From Eledone cirrhosa (lineage: Eukaryota), in NCBI GenBank assembly GCA_964016885.1, contig OZ024759.1, forward strand, positions 1,674,001 through 1,738,000: a stretch of DNA of 64,000 nt, written 5' to 3'. This document shows, piece by piece, positions 61,080 to 64,000 of the stretch. The position numbers were made by a program, and so were the translations under genes. The notes under the pieces were generated by a model. The model made no database searches. It was not told where the DNA came from and saw nothing but the letters and a program-made list of their open reading frames with translations. The number at the start of each line of letters is the position of its first letter. Within the stretch, counting starts at the first letter, position 1.

Positions 61080-64000
61080 TAGTAACATGACACAGTCTAT
61101 ATTAGTAGCATGACACAGTCTATATTAGTAACATGATACAGTCTATATTAGTAACATGACAAAGTCTATATTAGTAACATGACAAAGTCTATATTAGTAA
61201 AATGACAAAGTCTATATTAGTAACATGACAAAGTCTTTATTAGTAAGATGACACAGTCTATATTAGTAACATGACACAGTCTATATTAGTAACATGACAA
61301 AGTCTATATTAGTAACATGACAAAGTCTATATTAGTAACATGACACAGTCTATATTAGTAACATCACACAGTCTATATTAGTAACATGACAAAGTCTATA
61401 TTAGTAACATGACAAAGTCTATATTAGTAACATGACACAGTCTATATTAGTAACATGACACAGTCTATATTAGTAACATGACACAGTCTATATTAGTAAC
61501 ATGAGACAGTCTATATTAGTAGCATGACAAAGTCTATATTAGTAACATGACACAGTCTACATTAGTAACATGACAAAGTCTATATTAGTAACATGACACA
61601 GTCTATATTAGTAACATGACGAAGTCTATATTAGTAACATGACACAGTCTATATTAGTAACATGACACAGTCTATATTAGTAACATGAAAAAGTCTATAT
61701 TAGTAACATGACACAGTCTATATTAGTAACATGACAAAGTCTATATTAGTAACATGACAAAGTCTATATTAGTAGCATGACAAGTCTATATTAGCAACAT
61801 GACAAAGTCTATATTAGTAACATGACACAGTCTATATTAGTAACATGACACAGTCTATATTAGTAACATGACACAGTCTATATTAGTAACATGACAAAGT
61901 CTACATTAGTAACATGACGAAGTCTATATTAGTAACATGACAAGGTCTGTATTAGTAACATGACACAGTCTATATTAGTAGCATGACACAGTCTATATTA
62001 GTAACATGACAAAGTCTATATTAGTAACATGACACAGTCTATATTAGTAACATGAGACAGTCTATATTAGTAACATGACAAAGTCTATATTAGTAACATG
62101 ACACAGTCTATATTAGTAACATGACACAGTCTATATTAGTAACATGACACAGTCTACATTAGTAACATGACAAAGTCTATATTAGTAACATGACACAGTC
62201 TATATTAGTAACATGAGACAGTCTATATTAGTAACATGACAAAGTCTATATTAGTAACATGACACAGTCTATATTAGTAACATGACACAGTCTATATTAG
62301 TAACATGACAAAGTCTATATTAGTAACATGACAAAGTCTATATTAGTAACATGACAAAGTCTATATTAGTAACATGACACAGTCTATATTAGTAACATGA
62401 CACAGTCTATATTAGTAACATGACAAAGTCTATATTAGTAACATGACAAAGTCTATATTAGTAACATGACAAAGTCTATATTAGTAACATGACAAAGTCT
62501 ATATTAGTAGCATGACACAGTCTATATTAGCAACATGACAAAGTCTATATTAGTAACATGACACAGTCTATATTAGTAGCATGACAAAGTCTGTATTAGT
62601 AACATGACAAAGTCTATATTAGTAACATGACAAAGTCTATATTAGTAACATGACAAAGTCTATATTAGTAACATGACACAGTCTATATTAGTAACATGAC
62701 AAAGTCTATATTAGTAGTATGACAAAGTCTATATTAGTAACATGACAAAGTCTATATTAGTAACATGACAAAGTCTATATTAGTAACATGACAAAGTCTA
62801 TATTAGTAACATGACAAAGTCGATATTAGTAACATGACAAAGTCTATATTAGTAACATGACACAGTATATATTAGTAACATGACAGTCTATATTAGTAAC
62901 ATGACAGTCTACATTAGTAACATGACACAGTCTATATTAGTAACATGACAAAGTCGATATTAGTAACATGACAATGTCTATATTAGTAACATGACATAGT
63001 CTATATTACTAACATGACACAGTCTATATTAGTAACATGACACAGTCTATATTAGTAACATGACAAAGTCTATATTAGTAACATGACAAAGTCTATATTA
63101 GTAACATGACAAAGTCTATATTAGTAACATGACACAGTCTATATTAGTAACATGACACAGTCTATATTAGTAGCATGACACAGTCTATATTAGTAACATG
63201 ATACAGTCTATATTAGTAACATGACAAAGTCTATATTAGTAACATGACAAAGTCTATATTAGTAAAATGACAAAGTCTATATTAGTAACATGACAAAGTC
63301 TTTATTAGTAAGATGACACAGTCTATATTAGTAACATGACACAGTCTATATTAGTAACATGACAAAGTCTATATTAGTAACATGACAAAGTCTATATTAG
63401 TAACATGACACAGTCTATATTAGTAACATCACACAGTCTATATTAGTAACATGACAAAGTCTATATTAGTAACATGACAAAGTCTATATTAGTAACATGA
63501 CACAGTCTATATTAGTAACATGACACAGTCTATATTAGTAACATGACACAGTCTATATTAGTAACATGAGACAGTCTATATTAGTAGCATGACAAAGTCT
63601 ATATTAGTAACATGACACAGTCTACATTAGTAACATGACAAAGTCTATATTAGTAACATGACACAGTCTATATTAGTAACATGACGAAGTCTATATTAGT
63701 AACATGACACAGTCTATATTAGTAACATGACACAGTCTATATTAGTAACATGAAAAAGTCTATATTAGTAACATGACAAAGTCTATATTAGTAACATGAC
63801 AAAGTCTATATTAGTAACATGACAAAGTCTATATTAGTAGCATGACAAGTCTATATTAGCAACATGACAAAGTCTATATTAGTAACATGACACAGTCTAT
63901 ATTAGTAACATGACACAGTCTATATTAGTAACATGACACAGTCTATATTAGTAACATGACAAAGTCTACATTAGTAACATGACGAAGTCTATATTAGTAA
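61080..64000. repeat. Block repeated at a 2,065-bp offset (90 monomers) at the right end
   Basis: CATCAC 61365/63430 and 22-mer 61780/63845. TACAT followed by an ACGAAG monomer occurs at about 61917 and 63982, a pairing I saw only there. Confidence 0.75.

Larger units (their letters stand above)
1..64000. repeat. Tandem satellite array, 23-bp monomer ACA(A/C)AGTCTATATTAGTAACATG, about 2,790 copies, open at both window ends
   Basis: Read directly: monomers at 1-23, 24-46, 47-69 and so on to 64000. Position 4 is A/C dimorphic, other substitutions are sporadic, and 21-, 22- and 24-bp length variants are rare. The copy number is 64000/23 adjusted for short monomers. No inversion or non-repeat insert was seen. 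Confidence 0.99.

Noticed and set aside
1-64000. CRISPR array (23 bp is within the direct-repeat size range)
   Set aside because: Monomers abut directly with no unique spacers, and there is no leader or cas gene.
1-64000. Repetitive ORF, including a concatemer-encoded ORF like DRT2 neo
   Set aside because: The plus strand has TAG-TAA and TGA in two frames per monomer, and the minus strand has TAA and TAG in two frames. Because 23 is not a multiple of 3, every frame closes within a few monomers.
1-64000. Telomerase-made repeat such as the 23-bp Candida albicans telomere unit
   Set aside because: The sequence does not resemble that unit and has no G-rich strand. Kilobase-scale inherited variant order does not fit re-templating of each unit from one RNA.
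1-64000. Rolling-circle, reverse-transcriptase or sequencing-noise concatemer of a single short template
   Set aside because: Variants recur in conserved order at many nested offsets, which random errors on one template would not produce. Individual large duplications could still be assembly errors.
1-64000. A/C pattern as deliberately encoded information or a synthetic construct
   Set aside because: The pattern is explained by block duplication, and there are no adapters, indices or vector sequence.
1-64000. Plasmid iterons, promoter TATA-like boxes (TATATT) or TGAC factor half-sites
   Set aside because: Iteron clusters have few copies next to a rep gene. These short motifs are expected in AT-rich DNA and there is no associated gene.
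1-64000. Embedded transposon, inversion or unique island
   Set aside because: On reading through I found no reverse-complement monomers (CATGTTACTAATATAGACT) and no non-repeat stretch, although a very short one could be missed by eye.

Overview
The whole 64-kb window is one uninterrupted head-to-tail AT-rich tandem array (about 26-30% GC) of a 23-bp monomer, consensus ACA(A/C)AGTCTATATTAGTAACATG, with roughly 2,790 copies in one orientation and no unique flanking sequence. There are no genes, RNA genes, CRISPR spacers or mobile elements, and stop codons close every frame on both strands within a few monomers. The informative structure lies in the rare variant monomers, which recur in fixed order and reveal nested higher-order duplications. 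Offsets measured by eye from shared markers are about 0.9, 1.95, 2.07, 2.25, 2.45, 3.46, 3.6-3.7, 7.18, 12.75, 17.15 and 57-58 kb. This resembles a recently amplified satellite or macro-minisatellite array, probably eukaryotic (inference). I do not recognise the family or the organism, and I see no sequence evidence of a protein-coding system in this window.
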